From NCBI GenBank assembly GCA_031835245.2, contig JAVKOQ020000065.1, positions 62,001 to 126,000 of the forward strand: a DNA stretch of 64,000 nt, written 5' to 3'. The notes beneath the pieces are model-generated. The model saw only the letters and a program-made list of their open reading frames with translations, made no database searches and was not told the DNA's origin. The translations under genes and the position numbers were made by a program. Source of the stretch: Balamuthia mandrillaris (lineage: Eukaryota). Below are positions 47,848-59,844 of the stretch, piece by piece (the stretch's first letter is position 1; each line of letters starts with the position of its first letter).

Positions 47848-49877
47848 TCAACGTTCTTTCTGCTCTTCCGTTTCCGCTCCTCTCTCCTCCTTGTTCTTCC
47901 TCTTCTTTTTTTGCTGCCCTCTCTTCTCTTGCGCCTTTTGTGCCAGCCGTTGCAGCTTTTGCTGCATCAGCCGCTCTTCCTCCTCTTCTTCCTCATCCTC
48001 GAAATCGCCCTCCTCCTCTTCATTGGCTTCCCAGGCCTCGTCCTCTTCACTCTCTTCCTCATCGAAATCATACCCTCCTTTTCCTCGCTTTCCTTCTCTT
48101 TCTTCCTCATCTCCTCCATCTTCATCCAGAAAAGTCCATCCACCATCTTCCAAAAAGTGCTCTCTGTCTTCTCTGATGAACTGCAAGATGCGCTTCCAAA
48201 CGAGGTTCATGTGGCCTTCATAGTACTCCACATTGTTGAGAGCTAATTGCGTTTCGATATCCTCCAACGATTCCATCGGAACGAAACTGATGTTCGTTAC
48301 ATCTTCTGTCATGTAATTCTGTTTGTTTGTTGCGTATTGTTTGGTTGAGGGTTGGCTAAGGGAAAACAACAACGAATGAAAAATGCACAACATAAACAGA
48401 CAGACAACATAAGGTAGACTTCAATGCAAACCTTCGGAACGATGGTTATATCAAAGTTCTTGATGGTGCCAGGCTTGTACCGCACCCTTGCAAAGTAGAC
48501 CACTTCCATCTCGCTATAGGGCATCACCATGAAGGGTCGCTCCTCCAGTTGCACCAAACAATTGGTGGTGAATTGATAGTGACAGACGTTCACGCGAAGC
48601 GGAACTCCTTTGAAGCGATAGTTCGTTCTTCGCAACGTTTCAAAGCGAAGGAGTGATTCGCTTCCTTTGTCATTTGCATCTACTGCTGCTGTTTCTTCTT
48701 CTTCGGATTCGCTGTCGGATGTGGTTGAAGAAGAGGTATCACTTTCATTTTCGCTTTCGTTTGTGTTTTCGTTCTCGCTTTCACTTTGACGGGAGCTATC
48801 GCCTCCTTCATCCAAGTAAGCAACGCTCTCTTTAGTTTCGACTTCTTCTTTACATTTAACATCCTGTTCTTCTAGCATTTCGTTTGTGTTGTTTTGTGCC
48901 ACTTCCTTTTCCTGCTGAGTCTTTGTCCCAAAGGACGGCTTCGTTCTTCCCTGTTTCTCTTTACCGTGTTCTTCATCGCTGCTGTTCTCGTTGCTATCTC
49001 TTCTTCTGCTTCGTTTCCGTCTTTTTTTGGGCCTTGTAGAAGCTCCACAACTGCATGGCGCGGAAGAAGGAACAGTTGCAGGAACAAAGTAACGATGAGG
49101 GAGATCTTCAGTAGGGTGTAGAGCGATCCAAGAAAGAGCTTCCGCAGTGCGTATGAACCGCCTCATTTCATGACGAACTTCTCTCTGTCCACGAGTGCGC
49201 TGAGAAGCATACTTGTAGAACTGAAGGTCGCAAACACGCGACTTGGCCAACTGGACGGATTCCCGCAGGTGAAAGTGTAAAAAGGTGCGTGCTTGTTGCC
49301 CCGTTTGGCGCTTGGATGTGGTGTAGGGTTGATAGAAAGCGGATAATATGTTGTTAAAGTCTAGCGCTATGATGGAAGAGCGCCAAGTGTTAATCTTTGG
49401 TAACAGAGGAGAGAGAACGAAAGACGAGAAAGATGAAGTGAAGGAGCAGAGAAGACAAGGAAAAGCAGCAACAAAGAGAGAGAAGAAAGGAGGAGGAGGA
49501 GGAGGAGGAGGAGGAGGAGGAGGAGGAGGAGAGAGAGGGATAATGGTACCCAAGACATTTCCTTGGTTGTTGGGCACAAAGGCCAGGCCATTGATGTCGA
49601 CTCGGAGGGTGCCCGAGCTGGAGCGTCCAATCCAGCCAGGCCGCATGCACACATTTTGCAGCAGCATCATGCTGGGCGGTGCCTCCAGCTCCGGCGGCGC
49701 AGCGCAGCTGCAGTCCTTCCGCTTGTTCTGGTTGGCAGGAGAGCCCTTTCTCTTTATGGGGGCGGAGGCTTCATCTGTCGCTTCTTCTGCCTCCTGGCTT
49801 GCTGGCAGCTCTCGTTCTTGTTTGAGGGCAGCAGCAGTAGAGGTCGACTGCATCATCATTGGTTCGCTCTGCTGCAT
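47848..49877 (-). CDS. Truncated SPT16-like protein: middle tandem-PH domain plus acidic tail only, 3 exons
   Basis: RP..R..GTL..NG..F, F.NI..AFYQP, LHFHL..DLQFY, F.GVP.R, T.NCLVQLEERPF, E.VYFARV..KNFDI.IV.K, SLEDI..L..YYEG..NL.WK.I, FLEDGGW.FL, then an acidic tail. Confidence 0.8.
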
Positions 49878-50649
49878 AAGAGAGTGATAATGGGATGGAA
49901 GAGGGGGAAAGGTGGGTGAGGAAAAAAAAAGAGAGGGGAGACATGCAAAAACCAAGGAGGGGGAAGGATAGAGAAAAAAAAAACCTTTTTTTTGACCAAA
50001 CAAAAAATGAGGGGGAAGGGGGATGGTCTCGTCTGGCTTGGTCTGCAAAGCTTGGCTTCTTCTTCTTCTGCTGTTTTGGCAGCAGAAAACTAAAGTAAAA
50101 TAGGGCGAAAGAAGGAGCCCCCTACAGAAAATATCCTCTCTCTCTTCCCCGCAAAAAAAACACAAGTCAAATTTTTCCTCCCTTTTTTGCCCCACGGCAC
50201 TGCGCTGTGTTGGGTGTCCCCCCTCCGGTTTTGCAAGGTTTTGCTCGGCCCCGCTGTAAAGCACCACCAAAACCAAAAGGTCGGGAAACAAACAGAAACA
50301 AATAGTGTTCTGGAAAAAAAACATTTTGGCGGGAGACATTGAGGATGTGAAATTTCAGAGAGAATGGCCACTTCGAAAAAATTTCGTGGAATCAATTCAT
50401 GATCTAAGGAGAATTCTCAGATCAACCATCAAAGTTCCCTTATTGCGGTACAAATCGGTTATGATCCAATTATCTTCAATTTTTTTACTTTTTCAAGATA
50501 TAATGTAGACATCTATCCCAAATTCGTCGTAAAGGTGAGATAAATTATCCTTCGTTATAAACCGCAAAACGACAACAAAAAAAAAATTGGTTTTTTTTCG
50601 TTTTATATAGAGTGGAGGGAGAAGAAACCCCACGAGGAACAAAAAGGGA

Positions 50650-53600
50650 ATGGAAGGAGTAGAAGCCGCTGCTCCTCCAACACCCTTCAACCGAACAACA
50701 ACAGCAATCGCCCCCAAGCATGAACCTACCGCGCCCCGAGTGGCCTCTCCGCCGCTCCAACAAGAGAGAGAGCTGCCGGCGTGGAAACGCCAGATCCTCC
50801 AGCAGCTGCACCACAATTATGCCGTTCAAATGAAACCTTTTCTCTCCTTTGTTCAAAGCTGTAAAAAACTCATCCCTCCCTCTCTCTCTCTCTCATGTAA
50901 GAAGTTCATCTTACGCTCTTTTTTTTTTCGCGCGTTCTCTCTCTCCTTCTGCAGACCGATCCATGCAACAACAAAATATGGAACTGCAACAACGGCTGGA
51001 GCTGATGGCGAAAGCTTTGGAGGAACGACAAAAACAATCCGAAGTCCTTTCTTCGTTTCGTGCTACTCTCTTTTTGTTTTTCATCTTTTTTGGAGAGAAA
51101 AAAACAACTGACTGAAACTTCAGAGCGGAGGCAAAGCTGTTGCAAGAAAAGATCAGGCAGCTGGAGGAGGAGCTGAAAGTGAAGAACGAGCTCGTGTACG
51201 AGAAAGACGCCGAGCTGCGGCAGAGCTACAAGCAGAACGCGGAGCAGTCCATGTCCCTCTTCACCTACTCCCAGGAGAACGCTCGCCTGGTGCAACAGCA
51301 TCAACAACTCGAGAAAGAGTGCGTGCTCACACAAGCAAAAACAATCCTTGTTGTTCTCTTTCTTTTCTTTTCTTTCTTTTGTTTTTTCATCTTTTCGTTT
51401 GTTTCTTCTTTCGTTCTTCTTTCACTCGTTATCATTGTTATATCTATATTATATTCCTTTTTGTTTGTTTGTTATCGTTATGCTTTTCTCTTTCTCTTTT
51501 TCTCTTATGTTGTGGTTTCGTTTGCTCCACTGTTTTTTCTTTCTTTCATCTTGATGGCTTATGTTTTCTTTTTCTTTTTCGTGGTTTGTATTCTCTCATT
51601 CTAGATTAAACGCGATGCAAGAATCCTATAACGATTTACAAAAACAGAACCTCGACACGCAACGGGTTGACAAAGTACTTAGGGATGAAGTTATGCAACT
51701 CAAGGTTTCTCTCGTCTCTTTTCTTTGTTTTTTTTTTGTTCCTTCTTTATTTAAACATTTTATTATTCTTGTTTTAAACAAATAGGCACAAAGGGAAGCA
51801 TTAGAGCAACAATTGATGGAACAAACAAACGCCAGAATAGAGATCGAAAAAGAACTCATCAACGTTCACGAGTTAGAAGAGACCTGGCGAGAAACGGTTC
51901 GTCGCAACGCCGAACTCATCAACAGAGGTAACCTCGAGACTCAAGCGTTGTTGCGGGAGAATAACGAGTTGAGACAAGTCATTCTTCGTTTGCAGCATCA
52001 ACAACAATCTAACCGTCGCAGCAGCGTTCCGCGCAGAAAGCAGTCAGTTCCCACGGATTCAACAACAAATGCAGGAGGAGGAAGTGCTTCTTCTGCTCAA
52101 CCTTCGTTAGAAGGAAATGCAAATGGAAGTGTAAGAGGAAGTGGGACGTTCAATACTTTCTTCTCTAGTTTGATAGATAAATTGAAAGGGGAAGTGGATG
52201 ACAGCGGAGGAGGAGGAGAATGGGGAGATGAGGATGAAGATGAAATGTTAGCTGGGTTTAGCTTTCTTTCGGGAGACGTGCCTCCGAAGGGCCTTAAGAA
52301 ATCATTGGTAGGCTCTTCTAGTTCTGTTCTTGTTATTGTGTTTCTTCACTTATGTAAGTTCTAATTTCTTTTAACTGTGAACTGGATGTGGAACGCAGGT
52401 TGCACACGCAGAAGAAGTTACACACCTCAAGTTCAACTTTCAAGGGTTTTTATTCGCGACATGCGGCTCTGATGGCGTTGTAAATATTTGGGATGCTACC
52501 ACTGGTTCCTGCTCCTCCCTCTTTTCTTTATTCTCTCTCTGTCTCTCTCTGTCTCTCTGTCTCCTAGAGTATCCTTCTCTTCATCCATCGTTTTCTCTCT
52601 CTTGTGTGCTTCATTTATTTCTTTCTTGCTTTTATTTTGTTTTAACAAACAAAACACAATCACCAACAGGAAACAAAGTGAATGTATTACGAGGAGCAAA
52701 GAGAGGAATAACATGCGCTGATTTTACCAGCGGAGGCGAGTTAGTACTTGGGGCCAGCAACGACAAAATGATCTACCTTTGGAACTATGAACAAAACCGA
52801 ACTTTGGTATCATTTCTTCTTGTTTTTTCTTTTCTATTTTTTTGTTCCTATTCTTATTCTTATTTTTATTCTTAAAATAAAAAGCATACCTTGACGGGAC
52901 ATCAAGGCAGCGTCAGCTGCGCCAAGTTCACGATCGACTCTAGAAACATTGTCAGTGGCAGCTACGACCGTTGTCTTAAGCTATGGGATATTGACAAAGG
53001 ATTTTGTATGTTTTCTTTTTTTCTTTTAATGTTATCCTTTTCGTTTATTCCTTGTTTCGTGTCCAATCCTTCTGTGCTTCTCTTTACTTCTTTTGTTTTG
53101 GTTTCTTATTTTTTAATGTTTTCAAAAAGGTTTGAAGACAATAATGTGTGGAAGCAAATGCAACGACTTTTGCTTTACCTCACGTGATGTAATATGCTCG
53201 GGCCATTACGACAAGAGCCTGCGCGTTTATGACTCTCGAACGGGAAAGACTGTTCACGAGTCGCGGTTGCACGATGGACAAATCACTTCAATCTGTTTTG
53301 CTCCTGGTTCGTTTTTTCTTCTTTGTGTACTCCTTTTTCTTTTTCACTGTTTTTCTGTTTCTGTTTTTCTTAGTTTGTTTCTGTTGATATTTCTCACATA
53401 CCTGATTTTTATATAACAAAACAGGGGGAGAGCGTTTGCTTACTAACTCAAGAGATAACACGCTGAAGATCTTGGATATTCGGAGTAGTTTTAGCACGGT
53501 TCAAACTCTTCGGTAAAGTTCACTGATCTCTTCTTTCTTTAGCTCTTGTTGAGTAACAATTCTCTTCAAAGGTCGGAGCATTATAGAAATGGTCTCGATT

Positions 53601-53907
53601 GGAATAAAGCGTGTTTCAGGTTTTTCTCTCTCCCCTCTCTCTTTCTCTCGCTCATTCCCACTTTTCTCTCACTCGCTTATTCTCGCTCGCACTCTCATTT
53701 CCCAACAGTTCAGGAGGAAAGTACGCAGTGGCAGGCTCGATGGATGGCACCATTTGCATCTGGGATAGCCATAGCGGCAAGTTGGAAACCACGTTGAAGA
53801 ATGAGGAGCATACCACCCCGGTCTCGTGTTGTTGTTGGAGTCCTTCCAGCTCTCAATTGTTGACCTCGAGCAAACAGGATACGAATGTTTGCATTTGGGG
53901 AGAATGA
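50650..53907 (+). CDS. ATG16: Autophagy protein ATG16 (TipD-like): Atg5-binding helix, coiled coil, WD40; multi-exon
   Basis: WKRQILQQL N-terminal motif, long coiled coil, WD repeats LTGHQGSV..SGSYDRCLKLWDI, CSGHYDK, LTNSRDNTLKILDIR, NGLDWNKACFS..AGSMDG. Confidence 0.88.
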
Positions 53908-54097
53908 TTGAGGATTGGAGAATGGAAGAGCGTGACACTGCTATGCGAAAAGAAAGAAAGAAAGAAAATGAAAACCATTTCGTTTGTTTGTTGATGAGAA
54001 TACGAGAAAGAAAGGAGAGCAAAGAGCAGAGAAGAAAAGAGGAAGAGAGAGAGAGAAAAGCAAACGAGATAAGAAAAAAAGATAATGCTTCTCATTA

Positions 54098-54745
54098 TCA
54101 ATTATTGACATTAACATTGGCCAAAAACTTTCGAATGCACTGAAGCAGCTCCGCTTTCACCTCTGGTGGCACGCTCGCTTCACGTTGGTAAAAATGTATG
54201 AGAACAGCAGAGTAAAGAGAAACATGCATTTGAGAAGAGAAAAAAAGAGAAACGCGTTGAGGAGAAAAGGGAACAAAGAGAAGAGAAGATACGAGAAGCG
54301 AGACGAAAGAGAAGAGAAGAGAGAAAAGAGAAAAAGTAAAGCTGAAGAAAGAAGGAAAGGAAGGAACCTCGTCCTTTGGGTATGACCTCCTCAACAAGGT
54401 CCTCTACATGTACATTCTCTACGCCTTTCTGTTTGATGATCTCCTTGCAGTGCACTTTCATCTCGTCCCTCCATCCACACTCCACCAGTTTTGACCGCAG
54501 CATATCCTTTAACCTTTTCGCGTTCGTGTAAACAAAACCTGATCAGCATCAGTTCATTTTCCGGTCAAAAAGCTCAATAGCCCATAATCACAAACCGTTC
54601 TTTCTCGCCTGACTCGATGAGTTTTTGGTTGATGGTAGCTCTCACCTGTTGTCTGCATTGTTTTTGTTAACCTCCTCCACTATTTTTTTAATGCATAGAA
54701 TAAAACAAAAAAAAGAGGAAGGTGAGAAGGTACGTACTCGCTCAT
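54098..54745 (-). CDS. ENY2: Sus1/ENY2 (SAGA DUB module and TREX-2 subunit), 4 exons
   Basis: [64 protein letters not shown]. Confidence 0.95.
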
Positions 54746-54934
54746 GTTGGCTTTCTTCTTTCTTCTTCTTTTGTGACTTCTTTCTCTACTGGAATTTCAA
54801 GCATCTTCGGAATGCCTGACATCCCAATAATGCAAAAAATATTCAGGGAATTTTGTCGACAAGAATGAGACGTGCATCAGCTCATGACGACATTAGGCGT
54901 TAGAGTCGACAGGAAAGAACGAAGAGTAGTGGCG

Positions 54935-55478
54935 ATGGCAAGAGTGCAGCCGCCACCAGGATGTCCGATGCATCACAACCGAATGGCTGCTGCTGCTGCC
55001 GGTGGTGGTGGTGGTGGTGACATCCAACGCTGCCCCATGCAAGCTTTCTCGCTTGGCGGAGCCTCGGCCGCCATCAAAGACACTCGCAGCCCCAATCCTT
55101 CCCGCTCCCTGCTTGTGGTTGGAAACGTGTTTGTGGGCTCCGCTCCCTCCTCACCCCAAAGACAGCAAGGCACAGTGACTAGCAGCAACGGTGGTGGTGG
55201 AGGAGGAGGAGGAGCTCTCTACAGCAGCGTCGCAGCTGCTCACCTGGGAATGAAGGTGGAGGTGCTTACCAAGTGTCGACAGGAAGATGTAGCAACAGTT
55301 GCAAAGCTGTTCGACGGGGCTGCTGTTCATGTGAGCTACGTGACCTCTTCCAGCGCCACTACTTGCGTGAAGATGTCTAACCCTTCTGAGCAGAGGTTCT
55401 TTCTTTCTTGTCGTTTCTTTCTTCTTCTCCTCCTTTTCTTTTTACTACTTCTTCTGCTTATGCTTCTTTTCTTCTCTG

Positions 55479-55525
<47 letters not shown>

Positions 55526-55542
55526 GTCTCTCTGTCTCTCTG

Positions 55543-55621
<79 letters not shown>

Positions 55622-56130
55622 CTTCTAACATCAAAGATGAACAACAAAAGGAAGATACAACGACTTGAAAGTGTGGCAGCGCCTTTCACCGAATCAGAAC
55701 TCCAGCAACATCTTTCTTCTACCTCCTCTGCTGAAGACCTCATCATCCACATTGCTCCTGTGTGCTATGGAGAGCTGCCTGAACATCTCATCCCTCTCCT
55801 GCGCAGCAAAGCTCGCTATCTTGTTGTTGATGTCACAGGCTTTCTGCTTCATCATCACAAAGCAGAAGCAGAAAGGGTTGAGAATAGCTGTTTGAAGGAT
55901 TGGGTGAAGAAAGAGGAGTATTTACCCATGATAGACCTGCTAAAGGTGGAAGGAGAGGAGGCCTGCAGAGTGCTCACTGGAAAGAAAGACCTTCGGGAGG
56001 CTGTCAAAATCCTGGTCGAACGGTTTGGAGCCAAGAACGTGTTGGCCACCAGCAAAGATGGTACCTTACTTCTCCTATTTTCTATTCGTGCTATTACCTT
56101 CTCGTTCTTCTGTATCGCTATTTTCTTTGT

Positions 56131-56164
<34 letters not shown>

Positions 56165-56503
56165 CTCTTGCTCTCTTTTCACGTCTCTTTACCTCTCTTC
56201 ATGATGAACTGACAACATAACGACCCTCACTCTGCAGCCATATTGCTTTATGACCACGACACAAAGCAATTCTTGGAGAGCTCTCTCACGCTCAACCACC
56301 AACAATCGAGCGGGGAGGAAGCCCCAGCAAGCATGCATGAGGGCAGCGGAGACACGGCTTTGGCCGCCTTCCTTGCAGGAGGCGGGGCCAACGCCACCTT
56401 CAGCAGCTGGAAACGAAGGGTGGCCCTCGAGTTTGCCGCCAAAGTAACCGCCGTGAAGCTGCAGTACGCTGGGCCTTATCGTCGGCCCTCTGCTGCCTTG
56501 TGA
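54935..56503 (+). CDS. PfkB/ribokinase-family carbohydrate kinase, 3 exons, with an N-terminal Cys-Pro extension
   Basis: LLVVGNV, GGALYSSVAAAHLG, VVDVTGF, IDLLKV..EEA, VLATSKDG, EGSGDTALAAFL (anion-hole GxGD). Confidence 0.8.
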
Positions 56504-57083
56504 TGACCAGAAGAAAAAAAAAATTGCATCCTGACGTCAGCACTCAGATTTTGATCTCATTATATGAGGGGTCATTAGTTTGTGAATCAGGTAATGGTCT
56601 CCGGATCGAAACCTACCCCTGGCAACTATTTTTAGTGCGGCGAGGGTCCCAACGGCGGAGTTGGTTTATGATTTTTGATAGGATAGCTGTTCAAATTAAT
56701 TGAAGCCAAACCAACAAAAAATCAAACATAGGTGAAGAAATCTCTTGTCCTGTCTCGTGTCCATGTCAAATTGAAAGAGTGCGGATAAGTCGCAAGGAAG
56801 ATAAAGAAAAAGCATAAAAACCCTTTTTTTTTTCCACCCTCTTCTCTCTCTTTTTTTTTTTCGTTGTTAACAACGACAACAGACACCACACACTAACGCC
56901 CCCCAAGGCACAAAGGGACAGGGCCGCCTGGCAGCCGTAAGAGGAGAGGAGAGGAGAGGAGAGGAGGATAATAGCGGAGACGAAGAAGAAAGGTTTTGTC
57001 CTATTCTTTTTCAACATCCCCAAAAATACATCGAATATTTTTTTGAGTAAGGTGCACTCTCTTTCTTTCCCTTTGGCTTCCTT

Positions 57084-57114
<31 letters not shown>

Positions 57115-57389
57115 CCTCCCTCCCGCTCTCGCTCTCGCTCCTCTCTTCATTTGCTTTCGCAAAATGCACTCCGTTTTCTCCTCTTTTCTCTCCTCTTTCT
57201 CTTTCTGTTTAATTATTATTTTGAGTCTTCTCCTTCGAAGGATTGATTTACTCACCTCCTTTTCTTCTTTTTTCTCTTTGTTTTGATGATTTTCACTCTT
57301 TTTTTTTGTTTTGTTTTGTTGGGTGGATTCGATTTGGCCAAAAGAACAAAGCAAGCCAACAAACTCATAGAGAAAAAAAATAGAGAGAA

Positions 57390-59702
57390 ATGGTGAACGT
57401 TGGCAAAAGCCCGAAGAGAAGGTCAACCCGTTTGGCTGCCGCCTCTCACAGAAGCAGGAGAGAAGAGGCCGCAGCAGCGGCCGCTGAAAAGGAAGACAAA
57501 GAACGCGATAGAGACCCAAAGAAGAGAAGCGAAGACAGAGGAGAGAAAGAAAAGGAAGAGCATGAAGAGGAACAAGAAGAAGAAGAAGAAGAAGAGAAAG
57601 AGAAAGAGAAGACAAACAAGAAGAACGTGAAGAAAAGAACACGCCGTGACTCTTCCGAAACGGACGAAACGAACGCCAAGAAGAAGAGGAAGAAGAACAA
57701 CAACAAGAAGAGACCAGCCAAGAAACGAACAAAACGAACGACAACGTCAACCTCAACCTCAACCTCTTCGCAAAAGGAGGAAGAGAAAGAGAAAGAAAAA
57801 GAAAAAGACACGGCACCAGCAGAAGAGGAAGAAGCCAAATGTGGGATCTGTTTGGAGGTGGTGAAGGAAAAAGGAGTGATGGAGAACTGCAACCACGATT
57901 TTTGCTTCGACTGCATTCGACAATGGTCCAAAGTGACGAACACATGCCCTATGTGCAAAGCTGAGTTCTTATCCATTCGGCGCGTTCTTTTGCGAAAAGA
58001 TGGAGAAGAAGAAAACCAAGAAGTGGAAGACGAAGCGGAAGGAAGCAAAAAACGAGGAAGACGGTCGAAAAGAAAGCCCAACAAAAAGAAGAAAAAGAAA
58101 CCGGACTTCGTTAGAGTAAAGCCAAAGAAGCAAGAATATCAGTATTCGCGAAGAGAGTTGGAACAACTGGCATCAGACCACCAACACTTTGACGAGCCCA
58201 CAATGTTCATGTTCCCTCCACCGACGTCGCTTGGACATTTTTTGGGATTCTTGTTGTTGCATGGAGTTGGCCCTGGAGTAAGTTTTCCTTTCGGAGGGTC
58301 TCTTTCTTTAACTTCGAATTTGAGCCGTTACGACGATGAAGAAGACGAAGAAGATGAAGATGAAGAAGAGAACGATGAAGAGCGTGATAGTGATGAAGAA
58401 CCAGACGAAGAAATAGACTTAAACGAACGTGTGATGAGACGCATTATGGAGGACTATGAAGATGATGGGGGAAGCGACGAAGAGGAATTTGGAGGAGGAA
58501 GTAACAGCTGGTTCGGAGAGGAGGACCTGGATGGTGCTGAAGAAGAGGATGATGACGAAGAAGATGACGATGAAGAGGAAGTAAATCGTTCGGCAAGACA
58601 AAGGAGAAACGGAGGGTGGAGAGCGCATGACCCTATTGAGCTCTCTTCTGACGACGATGGTGATGATGATGTAATTGTGGTACCTTCCTCGTCTTCTACC
58701 ACTTCTTCATCTCGACCATTTTCATCATCGACTTCTCAGTCTTTGTCATCTTCTTCACCTTCCCAACATGATAGCGCACGAAGAAATACTCGGAATCTTT
58801 GGGGCTCTCTTATCACTCCTCCCTCCTCTTCATCTTCAACAACAAGAACTTCTTTTGGCAGTTTGCCGCAAAGCGGGACCAGATTACGCCTGAGACAATG
58901 GATGGAGAATCCCAGTGGTGACAACCACCTTCGGAGAGGCACGAGAGCCATTCGAGAGGAACAAATGCAAATGATGGAAGAAGCATTGTTTAATGTTGCA
59001 ACAATTGGACGCGAAAGAGAGACGCAGGTGGAACAACATAGCCTTTCTTTCTTGAGGGATATGTTTGGTCATTCCTTCAGTGATGAAATGCTTGTGAACG
59101 TGTTGCAACAGACAGGAGGTAATGTGGATAGGGCTGTAGATAGATTGCTTGTTACTGTGCCACCTGTGTCATCATCTTCATCATCATCATCATCTTCTTC
59201 TTCTTCCTTATCATCATCTTCCATGACAATTAGCCTTAGCTCTTCTTCTCTTTCCACAAGCAGCACTCCCCCATCTTCTTCGCCAGCAATCATTGATGTC
59301 GACAGATTAGAAACCATTATGAACGAGTCTTCCTCCACTCTAATAGGGCTTCATGATAACGAGAACAATCGCTCTACGAGACAAACAACAACCGCAACAA
59401 CAACAGAAGACAAAGAAGGAAAGCAGAAGGAAAAGAAAAAGAAAAAGAGAAATGAAACACCTGAGCGGCGGCAAACACAAAGAAGACGTCGCAGCAACAG
59501 CAATAAAGAAACGCGAAATTACAACAGTTCGGTCAGCGAAGAACTTTCAGCGCAGGATGCGGAACAGGTCTGGCAGGATGCAGTTCTTGCTCGCCAAGAA
59601 CAACGGTCACAACACTCTTCCTCTTCTTCATCCTCTTCTTCTGCTCAACAAACAACGGAACAACAAACTTTGTCGCATGTGCCTCGCCGCAGAAACGTCT
59701 AA
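57390..59702 (+). CDS. Intronless C3HC4 RING E3 ligase with SIM-like motifs and a CUE domain
   Basis: RING CGICLE..NCNHDFCFDCIRQW..TCPMCK; CUE LSFLRDMFGHSFSDEMLVNVLQQTGGNVDRAVDRLL; basic NLS-like tracts. Confidence 0.85.
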   Translation: MVNVGKSPKRRSTRLAAASHRSRREEAAAAAAEKEDKERDRDPKKRSEDRGEKEKEEHEEEQEEEEEEEKEKEKTNKKNVKKRTRRDSSETDETNAKKKRKKNNNKKRPAKKRTKRTTTSTSTSTSSQKEEEKEKEKEKDTAPAEEEEAKCGICLEVVKEKGVMENCNHDFCFDCIRQWSKVTNTCPMCKAEFLSIRRVLLRKDGEEENQEVEDEAEGSKKRGRRSKRKPNKKKKKKPDFVRVKPKKQEYQYSRRELEQLASDHQHFDEPTMFMFPPPTSLGHFLGFLLLHGVGPGVSFPFGGSLSLTSNLSRYDDEEDEEDEDEEENDEERDSDEEPDEEIDLNERVMRRIMEDYEDDGGSDEEEFGGGSNSWFGEEDLDGAEEEDDDEEDDDEEEVNRSARQRRNGGWRAHDPIELSSDDDGDDDVIVVPSSSSTTSSSRPFSSSTSQSLSSSSPSQHDSARRNTRNLWGSLITPPSSSSSTTRTSFGSLPQSGTRLRLRQWMENPSGDNHLRRGTRAIREEQMQMMEEALFNVATIGRERETQVEQHSLSFLRDMFGHSFSDEMLVNVLQQTGGNVDRAVDRLLVTVPPVSSSSSSSSSSSSSLSSSSMTISLSSSSLSTSSTPPSSSPAIIDVDRLETIMNESSSTLIGLHDNENNRSTRQTTTATTTEDKEGKQKEKKKKKRNETPERRQTQRRRRSNSNKETRNYNSSVSEELSAQDAEQVWQDAVLARQEQRSQHSSSSSSSSSAQQTTEQQTLSHVPRRRNV

Positions 59703-59844
59703 CGCGAACGCCACCTTATCGTTTTTGGTTTCCCATTCTTTTGTAAATCCTCTCTTTTGTAGAACTTCTCTCTTCTATTTTTCGAGTTTTGCTTTTTTTT
59801 AACTTTTCATGATAAACTAACCAACACAAGCTGAGATAAGCTCT

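Noticed and set aside
56565..56670. tRNA-iMet-like GGATCGAAACC loop and Sm-like ATTTTTAG site
   Set aside because: The T-stem is only 2 bp, and there is no cloverleaf or recognisable snRNA motif; at most a degenerate relic.
57001..57945. Long antisense ORFs (also 2079-2900, 37709-38689 and 60425-61483)
   Set aside because: Shadows of real genes on the opposite strand with biased composition.
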